Virus record (IMG/VR): IMGVR_UViG_3300021295_000003
Span: 40,718-104,717 of that record
Direction: 5' to 3' (one strand)
From: a virus
Lineage: Duplodnaviria; Caudoviricetes
Length of the DNA stretch: 64,000 bases
The notes beneath the pieces were generated by a model. It had not been told where the DNA came from, searched no databases, and saw only the letters and a list, made by a program, of their open reading frames with translations. Made by a program: the position numbers and the translations under genes. Within the stretch, counting starts at the first letter, position 1; the number at the start of each line of letters is the position of its first letter. Positions 37,730 through 47,550 of this stretch are shown piece by piece.

Positions 37730-37993
37730 ATTGTGGGGTTGTGAGTTAATCACCACAAAAACTCACCAAACCCTGCAATTAGTTTTTTTTCTTCCGAGAA
37801 GTTGAAAAAAATAACAATTCTTGTAAAAATAGTTAATTCTAATTGCATTTTCTATTTTTATTCATTGTTGTATTTAAGTGTAAAGTATTGATTTTTAGTA
37901 ATTTTTCGTAGGTGCAAGGTAAAAAAAATCACCACATAAAATTTTACCTGTAACCTATTCTTCCGAGAAAAGAACTAACAGAGGTAAAAAAAA

Positions 37994-38122
37994 ATGAAGA
38001 AAATAACATATCAAGGCGAAGACGGAGTCTTCTATTCACAAGAAGAGTTCCAGTCTTTACAATCAAAGATTTTGGAACAAAATCAGCTCATTCAAGACCT
38101 CCTGAAAAAGGTGGTAGAATGA
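37994..38122 (+). CDS. Small hypothetical protein (42 aa)
   Basis: GAGGT RBS; ATGA-coupled to the next gene. Confidence 0.45.
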   Translation: MKKITYQGEDGVFYSQEEFQSLQSKILEQNQLIQDLLKKVVE

Positions 38123-38373
38123 ACGAATTTAAGCAGCAGATAGTGAATGTTCAAGCTTCAACCGTATTGGTTAAATCAAGCAAAGGCACTATTTATCCTG
38201 TTGTGGTATCTGACAGAGTCAGATTAAGTGGTAAAACTATTAACAAGGGAGATACTGGTGTTATTCATCGTACTAATGGTAGGTATTACTTATATGATGT
38301 AATACCTAAACAAGATGAAACCGACAGTTATCTATCCGATGTACCGTTAGGAGATTTGGGCTATGACTACTAA
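38119..38373 (+). CDS. Hypothetical protein
   Basis: 84 aa. Confidence 0.55.
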   Translation: MNEFKQQIVNVQASTVLVKSSKGTIYPVVVSDRVRLSGKTINKGDTGVIHRTNGRYYLYDVIPKQDETDSYLSDVPLGDLGYDY

Positions 38374-38524
38374 AAAACCGAAATCTTTGTATCCAGCAAC
38401 CGAAACAGAGCAGATTAATGTAAACTTTGCGTTAATTGTTTTAATGAGCGTTTTATTTGGATTTGTATTAGCATTAATTGGGTTTGCAACTATGCACTAC
38501 CCATCTATTCAGGGGGTGATTTAA
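38363..38524 (+). CDS. Small single-TM protein (53 aa)
   Basis: MTTKKPK...FALIVLMSVLFGFVLALIGF; coupled to neighbours. Confidence 0.45.
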   Translation: MTTKKPKSLYPATETEQINVNFALIVLMSVLFGFVLALIGFATMHYPSIQGVI

Positions 38525-39282
38525 TGAATTTAGTATACAGGAGAATAACCGAAGAAGTCTACGAAGACGAGAACCTTGTGGAAATTAAATCTAACGATGA
38601 CGAAATTAAAACTCTTCATCGTAGGATTGATTTATTACAAGCGGAAATTAATGAAATGAAATCTTTGTTAGTACAACCTGCAAAGACAACCGTTTCCACC
38701 GTTTCCACAACCCCAGTTAAAACAAGAACTGTTGCTGCTTGTAATCAGAAACCGTTTAAAAGGTTTGTTTACTCTAATTATGAGTTCCAATCAACCGCTC
38801 GATATTCAGGGAAAGTCTTATTTGATATTTCTGATGTTGTGAGATTATCTAAACTTATTGATAATGTAGAGAAGTTTCCGACAATGAAATTGTTAAAGGA
38901 GAATGTTGCTCCATTTATGGGTAATAATACTTTTACTAAACTTGTTTATAATTATCAGGAAGGATTTTTCAAGGATTATCTTTCAGAATATTATAAGAAT
39001 GTTAAATTCACTATCTGCAATAATCACATTTGTATTGATGGAATGGATACCAAATTGCGTCCTGATGAGGTTTGGTACATTGTTAATTTAGTGATTAATT
39101 CCAATAATCATTATGAATGTGTTGATAATCTTGTTAAACAGTATTCAAAGACTAAACCTTTGTTTATCAAGATTATAACTGATTTTGCAAGTGATGGGAG
39201 ATTGAGCAGACTGCTCCACCCTCCACTAAAACAGGTTAAAATTGAGAATAATCCTGAAAAAAGGAGAGAAATGGGCTTATGA
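38524..39282 (+). CDS. Hypothetical protein with N-terminal coiled coil
   Basis: 252 aa, GGTGAT RBS. Confidence 0.65.
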   Translation: MNLVYRRITEEVYEDENLVEIKSNDDEIKTLHRRIDLLQAEINEMKSLLVQPAKTTVSTVSTTPVKTRTVAACNQKPFKRFVYSNYEFQSTARYSGKVLFDISDVVRLSKLIDNVEKFPTMKLLKENVAPFMGNNTFTKLVYNYQEGFFKDYLSEYYKNVKFTICNNHICIDGMDTKLRPDEVWYIVNLVINSNNHYECVDNLVKQYSKTKPLFIKIITDFASDGRLSRLLHPPLKQVKIENNPEKRREMGL

Positions 39283-39406
39283 ATGATTTAGAAGCAAGAA
39301 AATTGGGTGCAATCTTGGAGGAGATTGCAACTCAATTAAAAATACAAAATGAGTTGTTAAGACAGATGAATGATAATTTAATTGATATTAAAGGAGGTAT
39401 GCCTTA

Positions 39407-39670
39407 ATGGGTATAGAAGAAGCGTTATTAAACGAAATGAGAGCAGAAGCGAATAAAGTAATGATTGAACGTATCAAAGATGGTAGAATTACACTTGACA
39501 ATGATGTTATTCCCCCGTTCCTATCAGCAAACTTGGTATCAAATCCTCAAATGATTGATATACTTGAAGCAATGGCTGATTTGATTATGGAGGAAACAAT
39601 GGAAAAAGAATACGTTGTCTTTTTCTTAAACAAAGTCAGAGAACTTGCAAACAAAGAAAGGAGTTTCTAA
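39407..39670 (+). CDS. Hypothetical protein
   Basis: 87 aa, GGAGGT RBS. Confidence 0.55.
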   Translation: MGIEEALLNEMRAEANKVMIERIKDGRITLDNDVIPPFLSANLVSNPQMIDILEAMADLIMEETMEKEYVVFFLNKVRELANKERSF

Positions 39671-39672
39671 AT

Positions 39673-40374
39673 ATGGCAAGAAGACCTAAAAAAGAAGAAA
39701 CTGCACCGATTGTCATTCACGATGAACAAGGGGGTATAATGGCTGAATATCCATCTGATTTGGTGGATACAATCAAAGCGACCGTAGCAAAAGGAGCTAC
39801 CGATGAGGAACTTTATATGTTCCTCTCTATCGCTAATCAGTACGATTTAAACCCATTTATGAAGGAGATATGGTTCACAAAAATGCAAGGAGAAGTCGCT
39901 ATAATGACTTCCCGTGACGGTTATAAGAAATTAGCCGAAAAAGAACCGAATTTCCGTAAATGTCAATCAATGGCAGTTTATGAGAACGATGAGTTTGAAA
40001 TGGAGTTAGTAATGGGTGAAGTGATGAATATTACTCACAAATTCAAGCAGAACGATAGAGGAAATATTATCGGTGCATATGCAGTCTTAAAGACCACAGA
40101 CCACGATAATTATGTGTCCTACGTTGATTTCAAAGAATATGACAAAAGAAATAACATTTGGAAACGTTATCCGTCCGCAATGATACGTAAAGTTGCAGAG
40201 AATGATGTTTACAAACGCTTTGCGAAAGTTAATGGGGTTTCAGATTTCGAGTCTATGCCTAACGGGTTCAGAAATGAACTTGCAGAGGAAGAGATGGATT
40301 TTAGTGAAGAATTTGAACCGATAGACATTCAACAAGTAATAGATGATACAATCGAAGAAAGTAAGGAGGAATAA
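39673..40374 (+). CDS. bet: RecT/Bet-family single-strand annealing protein
   Basis: ATDEEL..F......LNPF.KEIW, SRDGY, W...P.AMIRKVAE. Confidence 0.85.
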   Translation: MARRPKKEETAPIVIHDEQGGIMAEYPSDLVDTIKATVAKGATDEELYMFLSIANQYDLNPFMKEIWFTKMQGEVAIMTSRDGYKKLAEKEPNFRKCQSMAVYENDEFEMELVMGEVMNITHKFKQNDRGNIIGAYAVLKTTDHDNYVSYVDFKEYDKRNNIWKRYPSAMIRKVAENDVYKRFAKVNGVSDFESMPNGFRNELAEEEMDFSEEFEPIDIQQVIDDTIEESKEE

Positions 40375-40376
40375 TT

Positions 40377-40964
40377 ATGGCAGTAGACCCAAAATATGTA
40401 GAAGAAGTTAAAAACGAAGAAGAAAAAACCGATTTCACTTCCACTTTGGAAATGTTTGGAATTGAAGCGTCCAACGAGTCCGTCGGCAACGGAATAGACA
40501 TTACTGGTTATATGGAAACCAAACTCCGTGATATGTATGATGGTGACGAATGTACTGGAAAACCCGTCTTATCTGACATTTATACTGTTGAGTTTAAGGA
40601 CAAAAATACTGGGGAAACCATTGTAAACAATAAATTAGATTTATTACTCTTTGATGACAGTTATGAGGACGAAAAAGAAGTTTACACTTTCCCAATCAAC
40701 TTAAACAGCGACAACATTGACTTTGAAAAACACATTGTCAAAAATGTAAACTCTGCAAGTGGATTGTATGCTCTCGCAATGGGATTTATGGACTTGGAAA
40801 CTCCGGGTATCAGTAAAGCGTTCAATAAACTTGATGTTGTACCATATGTACAGTTAAAAAAGATTATTGAAAGTTATAAAACCGTGATGGTACAAGTTGT
40901 TGAAAAACAATTCAACAATAATTATTACAATAGTTTTAGAGTTGTAGAAGGTAAAAAAGAGTAG
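40377..40964 (+). CDS. Acidic hypothetical protein (possible ssDNA-binding)
   Basis: 195 aa between recombinase and helicase. Confidence 0.5.
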   Translation: MAVDPKYVEEVKNEEEKTDFTSTLEMFGIEASNESVGNGIDITGYMETKLRDMYDGDECTGKPVLSDIYTVEFKDKNTGETIVNNKLDLLLFDDSYEDEKEVYTFPINLNSDNIDFEKHIVKNVNSASGLYALAMGFMDLETPGISKAFNKLDVVPYVQLKKIIESYKTVMVQVVEKQFNNNYYNSFRVVEGKKE

Positions 40965-40973
40965 GAATGAGAA

Positions 40974-42977
40974 ATGAACTGGGAAGAGCAAGGTAAAAAA
41001 CTGGTGGACGTTTTAACACCGGTTTATAAACCGCAGAGCGAAAGAAAACTCTTTAAAAGTATCATAAGTGCTTTATATCATAATACTTTTGAGATTGATG
41101 ACGCTGAAAAGATGATAATGAGCATTTATGATAATCTTCCCGACCATCGATTTGAACGTTCTGAAATCTTCAAACTATTAGATGATGTATTTATGGGAGA
41201 AGAAACTTCAAATGGAGGAATATCCTCCCTTGAAGACATCTTAACCATTGACTATGGTAATAAATCTGCACGTAAAGCTGTAAAAAAAATCAAAAAAATC
41301 ATAAGTCCTGCCGAGTCTATGGGAAACTTTGAAATCACCGATAATTCTTGGATCAGGATTGATTTTGTTAATAATGAAGTGGATTATGAGTCTGTGTCTT
41401 TGGTTAAGAATGAGCGTGTTGTTTCTTCTTCAAAGATTTTGTTATGTAGACCGTATAAGGTTGTAGTTCACGAAGACCCTTTGTATGATGGGCAACGTGA
41501 GTTTACGATTACTTGGGTTACTACAAACAATACATATTTCACTACACGTAAAACTACTATCTCTGCGATGGAGTCCCAGTTATATGATAGTGGATATGTA
41601 GTTAATCAGAAACATTTGAAGACTGCTATGGCAAGTGTTATTCAATTGTTTGTAGCGAATGGTGTAGCAGAAATCCAAAATGAAATACAAGCAAAAGGTT
41701 TCTATGTGAGTAAATCTAATCAGTTGGTTATGGTTGATTATGAGTTGAAACCAGTTGTTAAATCAGAAGTTGAGTCTGCTTTGGATTTGATTGAGGATTT
41801 GAGGCATTTTTTTATAGGTCACGAACCGAAACTTGCTACTACATTGAAGCACGGAATGATAGCTCCATTTGGTTTCGCAAAGAAACAGTTAGGTTTGCCA
41901 TTGGAGTTGTTAATTCCTTATTTGTATCATTATGGGAAAGCAGGGTCAGGTAAGACTACTATTGCCCGTATTGGTTTATGGTTTTACGATAAACCTCAAA
42001 TGGACTTTAATGACATTGGAGGAACTGAATTTGATACCGTTCCAAGAATTGGAGAACAGTTGCGTAAATCAACATTTGGTTTGTTGGTAAATGAACCTGA
42101 AACAAGTTTGTCAAAGAAATCCTGTGCAGCAACATTAAAAACATCAGTTGAAAGGACAAACGCAAGACAGCGTATAAGTGGAAATCGTATGGAGCATATC
42201 CTTGCTTTATCTACTGTTAGTTTCGCTTCAAATATTCCTTTACCAAATATTGAGGGTTTACCACGTCGGTTTGTTCAAATATTGTATAGTTACAATGAGA
42301 AGAAATCCGATGAGGAAAAGGAAGCGTTTATGAAACATTTTAAATTAAACTCTCCTGACGAATGTGAGTTCAACAAACTTCAATTCTTGGCGAATTTTGT
42401 TGTCAAACAGATAGATAATGAGATTGATTTGTTAAAACTTTCTTGGAAAGAGTTAGGAAATGAATTAATCAATCGAGCATATGACTATGTTGGGCGTGAA
42501 GTACCTATTTGGTTGCTCCAATATGTTGAGTCCGTGACAGAGGAAGACCTTGATGATGAGGAAATTGAGGACATCAGAATATTTTTCTTAAATGAAATCA
42601 ATAAACAATCTTCTCAAATCAAATTATACTCATCAGAGGACGGACGTAGTTTAAATCAAGATGTATTTTATACAGAAGAGGTTAAAACAAGTGAGGACTT
42701 TGAAGAGAGAGTTTGGAACGTTTTAAATGAGGGATTAATCCCATTTATGGTTACTCACGAAAATCGTGAGGGAATACGTGAAGTCTGTTTCCTAAATGGT
42801 TTGAAAAAAGCATTGAACGAAGCGAATATTGCGTGTTACTCTATCCCTTCTACTGCGGAACTGCTTGGTTGGGATACAGGATATACTAAAATCAATGGGA
42901 AGTCCAGTCGATGTATGAAAATTAATTTCAGACGATTTGTAAGGTTCTTGTATCCTTCTTTGGAGGGTCTTGAATGA
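40974..42977 (+). CDS. Replicative helicase-like P-loop ATPase
   Basis: 667 aa; Walker A GKAGSGKTT, LLVNE Walker B, RRF arginine finger. Confidence 0.75.
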   Translation: MNWEEQGKKLVDVLTPVYKPQSERKLFKSIISALYHNTFEIDDAEKMIMSIYDNLPDHRFERSEIFKLLDDVFMGEETSNGGISSLEDILTIDYGNKSARKAVKKIKKIISPAESMGNFEITDNSWIRIDFVNNEVDYESVSLVKNERVVSSSKILLCRPYKVVVHEDPLYDGQREFTITWVTTNNTYFTTRKTTISAMESQLYDSGYVVNQKHLKTAMASVIQLFVANGVAEIQNEIQAKGFYVSKSNQLVMVDYELKPVVKSEVESALDLIEDLRHFFIGHEPKLATTLKHGMIAPFGFAKKQLGLPLELLIPYLYHYGKAGSGKTTIARIGLWFYDKPQMDFNDIGGTEFDTVPRIGEQLRKSTFGLLVNEPETSLSKKSCAATLKTSVERTNARQRISGNRMEHILALSTVSFASNIPLPNIEGLPRRFVQILYSYNEKKSDEEKEAFMKHFKLNSPDECEFNKLQFLANFVVKQIDNEIDLLKLSWKELGNELINRAYDYVGREVPIWLLQYVESVTEEDLDDEEIEDIRIFFLNEINKQSSQIKLYSSEDGRSLNQDVFYTEEVKTSEDFEERVWNVLNEGLIPFMVTHENREGIREVCFLNGLKKALNEANIACYSIPSTAELLGWDTGYTKINGKSSRCMKINFRRFVRFLYPSLEGLE

Positions 42978-43318
42978 TTAATTGTGATTTTGAGCGATGT
43001 ACTGACAAGTGTACTTATTATGAGTCTTGTATACTACATCACCCATCACATTTTAATCAACTTCAAGTCGAAGAGGAATTAAAATGGAATGTCAATCGAT
43101 TAAATGAATTGACAAGAGGGATTAATCAATATAAACAATCGCTCTATGAATATGATAGGTTGCCTGATGAGGTGCAGAAATACTTGTCACGTGAAAAACT
43201 ACAAGACCTGATCCGTAAGAGTGAGCTTGAAAAACAGGAAGTTCAATCAACAATCAGGGAATTGCAAATTAAAGAGTTAAACATTAGAAAAATTTTACAG
43301 AGAAGAAAGGGGAATTAG
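42974..43318 (+). CDS. Hypothetical Cys-rich/coiled-coil protein
   Basis: 114 aa. Confidence 0.55.
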   Translation: MINCDFERCTDKCTYYESCILHHPSHFNQLQVEEELKWNVNRLNELTRGINQYKQSLYEYDRLPDEVQKYLSREKLQDLIRKSELEKQEVQSTIRELQIKELNIRKILQRRKGN

Positions 43319-43320
43319 TT

Positions 43321-43704
43321 ATGAATTTTGTTGTAATAGAGAATAAGGAGTCTAATGTGGATATGGGGTCTTTTGAGGACGAGTATTTACATTCTACTAT
43401 TATGAATGAGGAATTAAGGGTTAAGTATGGTTTATCTAAATTAGAGTTTCGTAATTTGACTCAAAAGATTAAAGAGCGTCTTGGTGTGAGTCGCAGACCG
43501 AATGTGGCTGCCAAGTATTATTATGTGCATTGTAATGCGTGGGTTATTCATAGGAAAATTAATGGGGAATTAGTTTACTATGGGCGTATTCCGTTTAGTA
43601 TGGGGGAGGAAACTTTAAATCAGGCATTACAGATTTGTGAAGCGAATAACTGGGAATGTGAAAAATGTAAGAAATTGATTAGGGAGTTGAAACAATGCAA
43701 TTAG
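43321..43704 (+). CDS. Putative DNA-binding protein (AP2-like C-domain)
   Basis: W.I.RKING..VYYG pattern. Confidence 0.5.
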   Translation: MNFVVIENKESNVDMGSFEDEYLHSTIMNEELRVKYGLSKLEFRNLTQKIKERLGVSRRPNVAAKYYYVHCNAWVIHRKINGELVYYGRIPFSMGEETLNQALQICEANNWECEKCKKLIRELKQCN

Positions 43705-43804
43705 AACCTACTCTTGAAAAAGGTTACATTATTGATTGTGATTATTTGATACGTGTGAGGGATTATCATCGTTTAACTCCGTTGATTATTGTTGAGGTGG
43801 ATTT

Positions 43805-44185
43805 GTGGGACGAGTTATAGATGTTGAAGAGTTTCGTAAGGATTTAAGGACTATGTCGCTTGAAGATACTCTTATCAAGCATAATGTGTCTTTGGAGGAA
43901 GCAATGGACTGTATGCCGAAGACGTATACAAAACCTAAACCTAAAAAGAAACGTTTAAAGAATGTGGATAGGTATATTCAAGAGCGTGATGGTCGCTTTT
44001 ATCTTCGGAAATGGATTAATGGTAAAACATTAATGTTCGGGACTTATAATAGTCTGAATGACGCTAAAAAAGTCAGGGAACATTGTGAAAAACACGGGTG
44101 GAAACAAAATTGTATTAAACAGTATTGTGAAGAGCTTGGGATTGAACTGATTTCAGTTCATAAAACAAAGGAGAGATACGAATGA
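43805..44185 (+). CDS. Putative DNA-binding protein (AP2-like C-domain)
   Basis: YIQ..GRFYLRK.ING...FGTYNSLNDA. Confidence 0.55.
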   Translation: MGRVIDVEEFRKDLRTMSLEDTLIKHNVSLEEAMDCMPKTYTKPKPKKKRLKNVDRYIQERDGRFYLRKWINGKTLMFGTYNSLNDAKKVREHCEKHGWKQNCIKQYCEELGIELISVHKTKERYE

Positions 44186-44517
44186 ACATTGTAGTTAATG
44201 GAGATGTGGTTATTTATGAAAACACTTCTTCTAAAAAGTCTGTTAAGGATATACGTGTTTCTTCTCAATTAAGTAAAGTTAAGCAGAAAGTAAAAAGCAG
44301 AGATGGTCTTTGTCAATGTTGCGGAGAGGACGCTAATGGGCATTTAGAAGTCCATCATATCCTCCCCGTTGCAAAATACAAAGATTTGGCTTGTGATATG
44401 AATAATATGATTAGTTTGTGTCAGAAATGCCACGCAAAGTATCACGATTTGTATCCGCAGGTGAATGCTGTTACTTTTAGCGATTATATGAAAAGATATG
44501 CGAATAGGAGGGGTTAA
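44182..44517 (+). CDS. HNH endonuclease
   Basis: CQCCG, EVHHI, N..SLCQKCH. Confidence 0.85.
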   Translation: MNIVVNGDVVIYENTSSKKSVKDIRVSSQLSKVKQKVKSRDGLCQCCGEDANGHLEVHHILPVAKYKDLACDMNNMISLCQKCHAKYHDLYPQVNAVTFSDYMKRYANRRG

Positions 44518-44690
44518 ATTATGCCAAATAGTGCAGAAATGGAATTAAGAGCATTACATAACACAATAGCTGAAATTAAAAGACAAATGCAAGACTGTGT
44601 GAATGTAAAACACTATGAAGAGTTACAAAAACAATTAAACGAATTTGAACAGATGAGAATTGACTTATTAAAAAAAATGGAAGTGGAATT

Positions 44691-45149
44691 ATGAGTTTTA
44701 TTATTGATAAAATTGATTTAGATAATAGATTAGTTGTTAGGGAGAAATCTACTGGTTGGTTTTTCCCTGTTGAGTCTAAAATCCAAGCAGAAGTCTTATG
44801 TGATAAATTTAACGAAATTGAAAACAAACCATTGGATTTACATAAAAATTTTGAGGAATGGGACAAATACATTGACAATGTTATTATCGGTGAAAAAAAC
44901 TTAATCAATCTCAAACAAGAATTTGAAGAACAATCACAAGAAATAATCGCAAATACTGACTTCAAAGAACTTTACGGAGCAAACAATCAGAAAGTAAGAG
45001 ATAATCATATTAAAAAAGAATTATCCGAACTTACTGAAACAATCAATGATACCAAACTCAAAGTAGAGTATGCAAAAATGAGAATAAGTTTCCTGAAACG
45101 CTTAATCGATATGAAAACAGAACTCATCAAATACGGAGAAGACAAATGA
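44691..45149 (+). CDS. Hypothetical coiled-coil protein
   Basis: 152 aa. Confidence 0.55.
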   Translation: MSFIIDKIDLDNRLVVREKSTGWFFPVESKIQAEVLCDKFNEIENKPLDLHKNFEEWDKYIDNVIIGEKNLINLKQEFEEQSQEIIANTDFKELYGANNQKVRDNHIKKELSELTETINDTKLKVEYAKMRISFLKRLIDMKTELIKYGEDK

Positions 45150-45297
45150 GTAGATACAATGTTAAAAAAATCTTGAAAAAAATCCGCTATGGGGTCGGTG
45201 ATTTCAAATATCAAATTGTCACTTCGGATCAGGTTGTCTGTGATGACATCAGCAATGAGGAGTTGGCAATTGAATTATGTAGGGAGATGAACCGTGT

Positions 45298-45564
45298 ATG
45301 TCAGACAAGATAAAAGTAGTGTGTCAATCTACTGCTGAACGTGAACAGGAAACACGTGAGTTGTTTGAAGCTTGTGTTCCTTATCTTGATAAGGGTATTG
45401 GTTTGGTTAATGCGATTATGATTGTTAAGGATATTCCTTATAGGCATTTTTATAATATGGCGTGGTATAAGGAGGTTAAAGCGTATGCGGAGAGTCAGGG
45501 GTATGAAACTCGTAAGATTGGGGGTCAGGGTGGTTTGAAGCCTTATGCGAGGGTTCATAAATGA
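45298..45564 (+). CDS. Hypothetical protein
   Basis: 88 aa. Confidence 0.5.
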   Translation: MSDKIKVVCQSTAEREQETRELFEACVPYLDKGIGLVNAIMIVKDIPYRHFYNMAWYKEVKAYAESQGYETRKIGGQGGLKPYARVHK

Positions 45565-45764
45565 AGCGTGACCGTGAGTATTGTAGTTGTGGGTATTCAT
45601 TTATCCCTTCTACATTTCAGCGTATCAGAATGTTATTGAATGATAATGAATTAACTGTTAGATGTCCGAGGTGTCAGGCAGAAATGACATTACAGTTATC
45701 AAACTTTGTTTATGTGAAAAAAAGGAAACAGACAAGGGATATGAGTATTTGGAGGAAAGGATAA
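45561..45764 (+). CDS. Zn-ribbon protein
   Basis: CSC...CPRC. Confidence 0.55.
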   Translation: MKRDREYCSCGYSFIPSTFQRIRMLLNDNELTVRCPRCQAEMTLQLSNFVYVKKRKQTRDMSIWRKG

Positions 45765-46035
45765 TGAGTGAAAAACAATGGCTAAATTTAGATAAAGTAT
45801 TAGATTGGATATTCCCTTTGTTCTTGATTGAGGTTTTTGTATTTGGGAATATTTGTTTAATTATATTCGTATTACAAGAGTTGGGAGTGATTTAATGACA
45901 GAGAATAATTTTGAATGTGGTAAATGTGGTTATTTTGATGGAATGTGTTGTCGGAAAACTGGTGAAGATAGATATGAAGATGAAATCGTAAATGATTGCA
46001 CATATTTTGATTTAAGTATTTACTATGGTGGTTAA

Positions 46036-46188
46036 ATGACTGAAAAACGAGAGTATAGTTTATGTATTGACTGTAAGCATCAAGATGGCACTTGGGTATC
46101 TGATAGAGAAGTAGATACTTGGTGTAATATAAAAAAAGGAATTGATTGTGATGAAGTATTTGAATGTGATATGTTTGAGGGGGTTTGA
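46036..46188 (+). CDS. Small Cys-rich protein (MTEKREYSLCIDC..., 50 aa)
   Basis: Translated by hand; abuts genes on both sides. Confidence 0.55.
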   Translation: MTEKREYSLCIDCKHQDGTWVSDREVDTWCNIKKGIDCDEVFECDMFEGV

Positions 46189-46479
46189 ATGACTGAAAAA
46201 CGATTTGTTGATGATGGATTTGAAGCGATTGATGAACAGAGTTTTACAGATACTGAAACCGATAAAACTTATTATGTTGATTACTTTGATGAAATTATTG
46301 ATTTATGTAATGAGTTAAACGATGAAAATCAAAGACTCAAAAAGGAACTGGAAGAATGCAAGAATAATAAATTATTCAGTCGCAGAGAACTTGAAAGAGA
46401 AAACAAGGAACTCAAATATCATTTAAACAGAACAGAAAAAGAATTAAAAGAATATAAAGAATTTATGAGTTTAGGGTGA
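46189..46479 (+). CDS. MTEKRF-family coiled-coil protein
   Basis: 96 aa; paralogous to 46895 and 47230. Confidence 0.6.
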   Translation: MTEKRFVDDGFEAIDEQSFTDTETDKTYYVDYFDEIIDLCNELNDENQRLKKELEECKNNKLFSRRELERENKELKYHLNRTEKELKEYKEFMSLG

Positions 46480-46485
46480 TTTTGA

Positions 46486-46665
46486 ATGACTGAATTTACT
46501 ATTGGTAATATTTGTAAAGAAGTGCAAAGAATAAGGTTTGATTTGGAAAATGAAGATGTTGCAAGTGCAATTAAAAGATGTGATAATCTTGATGAGTTAT
46601 TATGTGAAATTGAAGATGGAAAACATACATTAGTTATAGGAGATACTGTAATTACAATAAATTAA
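46486..46665 (+). CDS. Small hypothetical protein (MTEFTIG..., 59 aa)
   Basis: GGTGAT RBS; translated by hand. Confidence 0.55.
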   Translation: MTEFTIGNICKEVQRIRFDLENEDVASAIKRCDNLDELLCEIEDGKHTLVIGDTVITIN

Positions 46666-46679
46666 AATGGTGATGTGGA

Positions 46680-46898
46680 ATGACTGAAAATCAATTAACT
46701 TACTATAAAGGTCGGCATAAAAATCCACGATGGATACATTACAATAAAAAATCTAAAAAATATACTATTAATCGTGTTGTTCATAATTTCAGAACTTATT
46801 TCGGAAGTTATGATACATTAGAAGAAGCCGAACGAGTTGTTGAATTTTTGAACAAAAATAATTGGGATAAAAATAAATTAAAGGAGATTGAGAATTGA
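46680..46898 (+). CDS. AP2-like DNA-binding protein
   Basis: YFGSYDTLEEA motif. Confidence 0.6.
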   Translation: MTENQLTYYKGRHKNPRWIHYNKKSKKYTINRVVHNFRTYFGSYDTLEEAERVVEFLNKNNWDKNKLKEIEN

Positions 46899-47233
46899 CT
46901 GAAAAACGATTTATACTTGATGATGATGGAATAGTTACTGATATGCTTGATTTATCTATGTATATAGATAATGAAGATTGTTGTGAGAAGTTGAATGAGT
47001 TACACGAAGATGTGGAAAGACAAAGAGAATTTAAATTTAGTGCTATTAGACAAGCAAATCGTATAGATAAAGAAAATGAGCAGTTAAAAGAACGGAACAA
47101 TCGACAAGCCAAACAATTAGATAATATCTACCAGTTAATCGAACAGAGAGATTGGAGAGCATTATCTGACATATTAAATGACTTCAAAAAAGCAGAAGAA
47201 CAATTACAAAAAGAATGGAAGTGTTACGAATGA
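46895..47233 (+). CDS. MTEKRF-family coiled-coil protein
   Basis: 112 aa. Confidence 0.6.
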   Translation: MTEKRFILDDDGIVTDMLDLSMYIDNEDCCEKLNELHEDVERQREFKFSAIRQANRIDKENEQLKERNNRQAKQLDNIYQLIEQRDWRALSDILNDFKKAEEQLQKEWKCYE

Positions 47234-47550
47234 CTGAACGATTCATAATCGATGATGCTGGGACACTAATAGATATGCAGACAAGAGATACCTATGATTA
47301 TGTATCCGATGTATGTGGACTCTTGAATGTGTTACATTCACGAAATAAAAGACTTGAAGAGAAAATACAAAGAGAACGAACCTCATTTACAAAAACACAC
47401 GAAAGATGGAGTAAAGAAGCCGAAACGAAAATCAAAGAATTATCAGAAGAGAATGAGCATATCAAACAAACAATCAAAAACATGATGGAAACTGAAAGAA
47501 CAGAACTCGGACAATCAGTCCTCCGACAATTAGGGGAAGCGATACAATGA
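47230..47550 (+). CDS. MTERF-family coiled-coil protein
   Basis: ATG at 47230; FIIDDAG paralogous to FILDDDG. Confidence 0.6.
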   Translation: MTERFIIDDAGTLIDMQTRDTYDYVSDVCGLLNVLHSRNKRLEEKIQRERTSFTKTHERWSKEAETKIKELSEENEHIKQTIKNMMETERTELGQSVLRQLGEAIQ

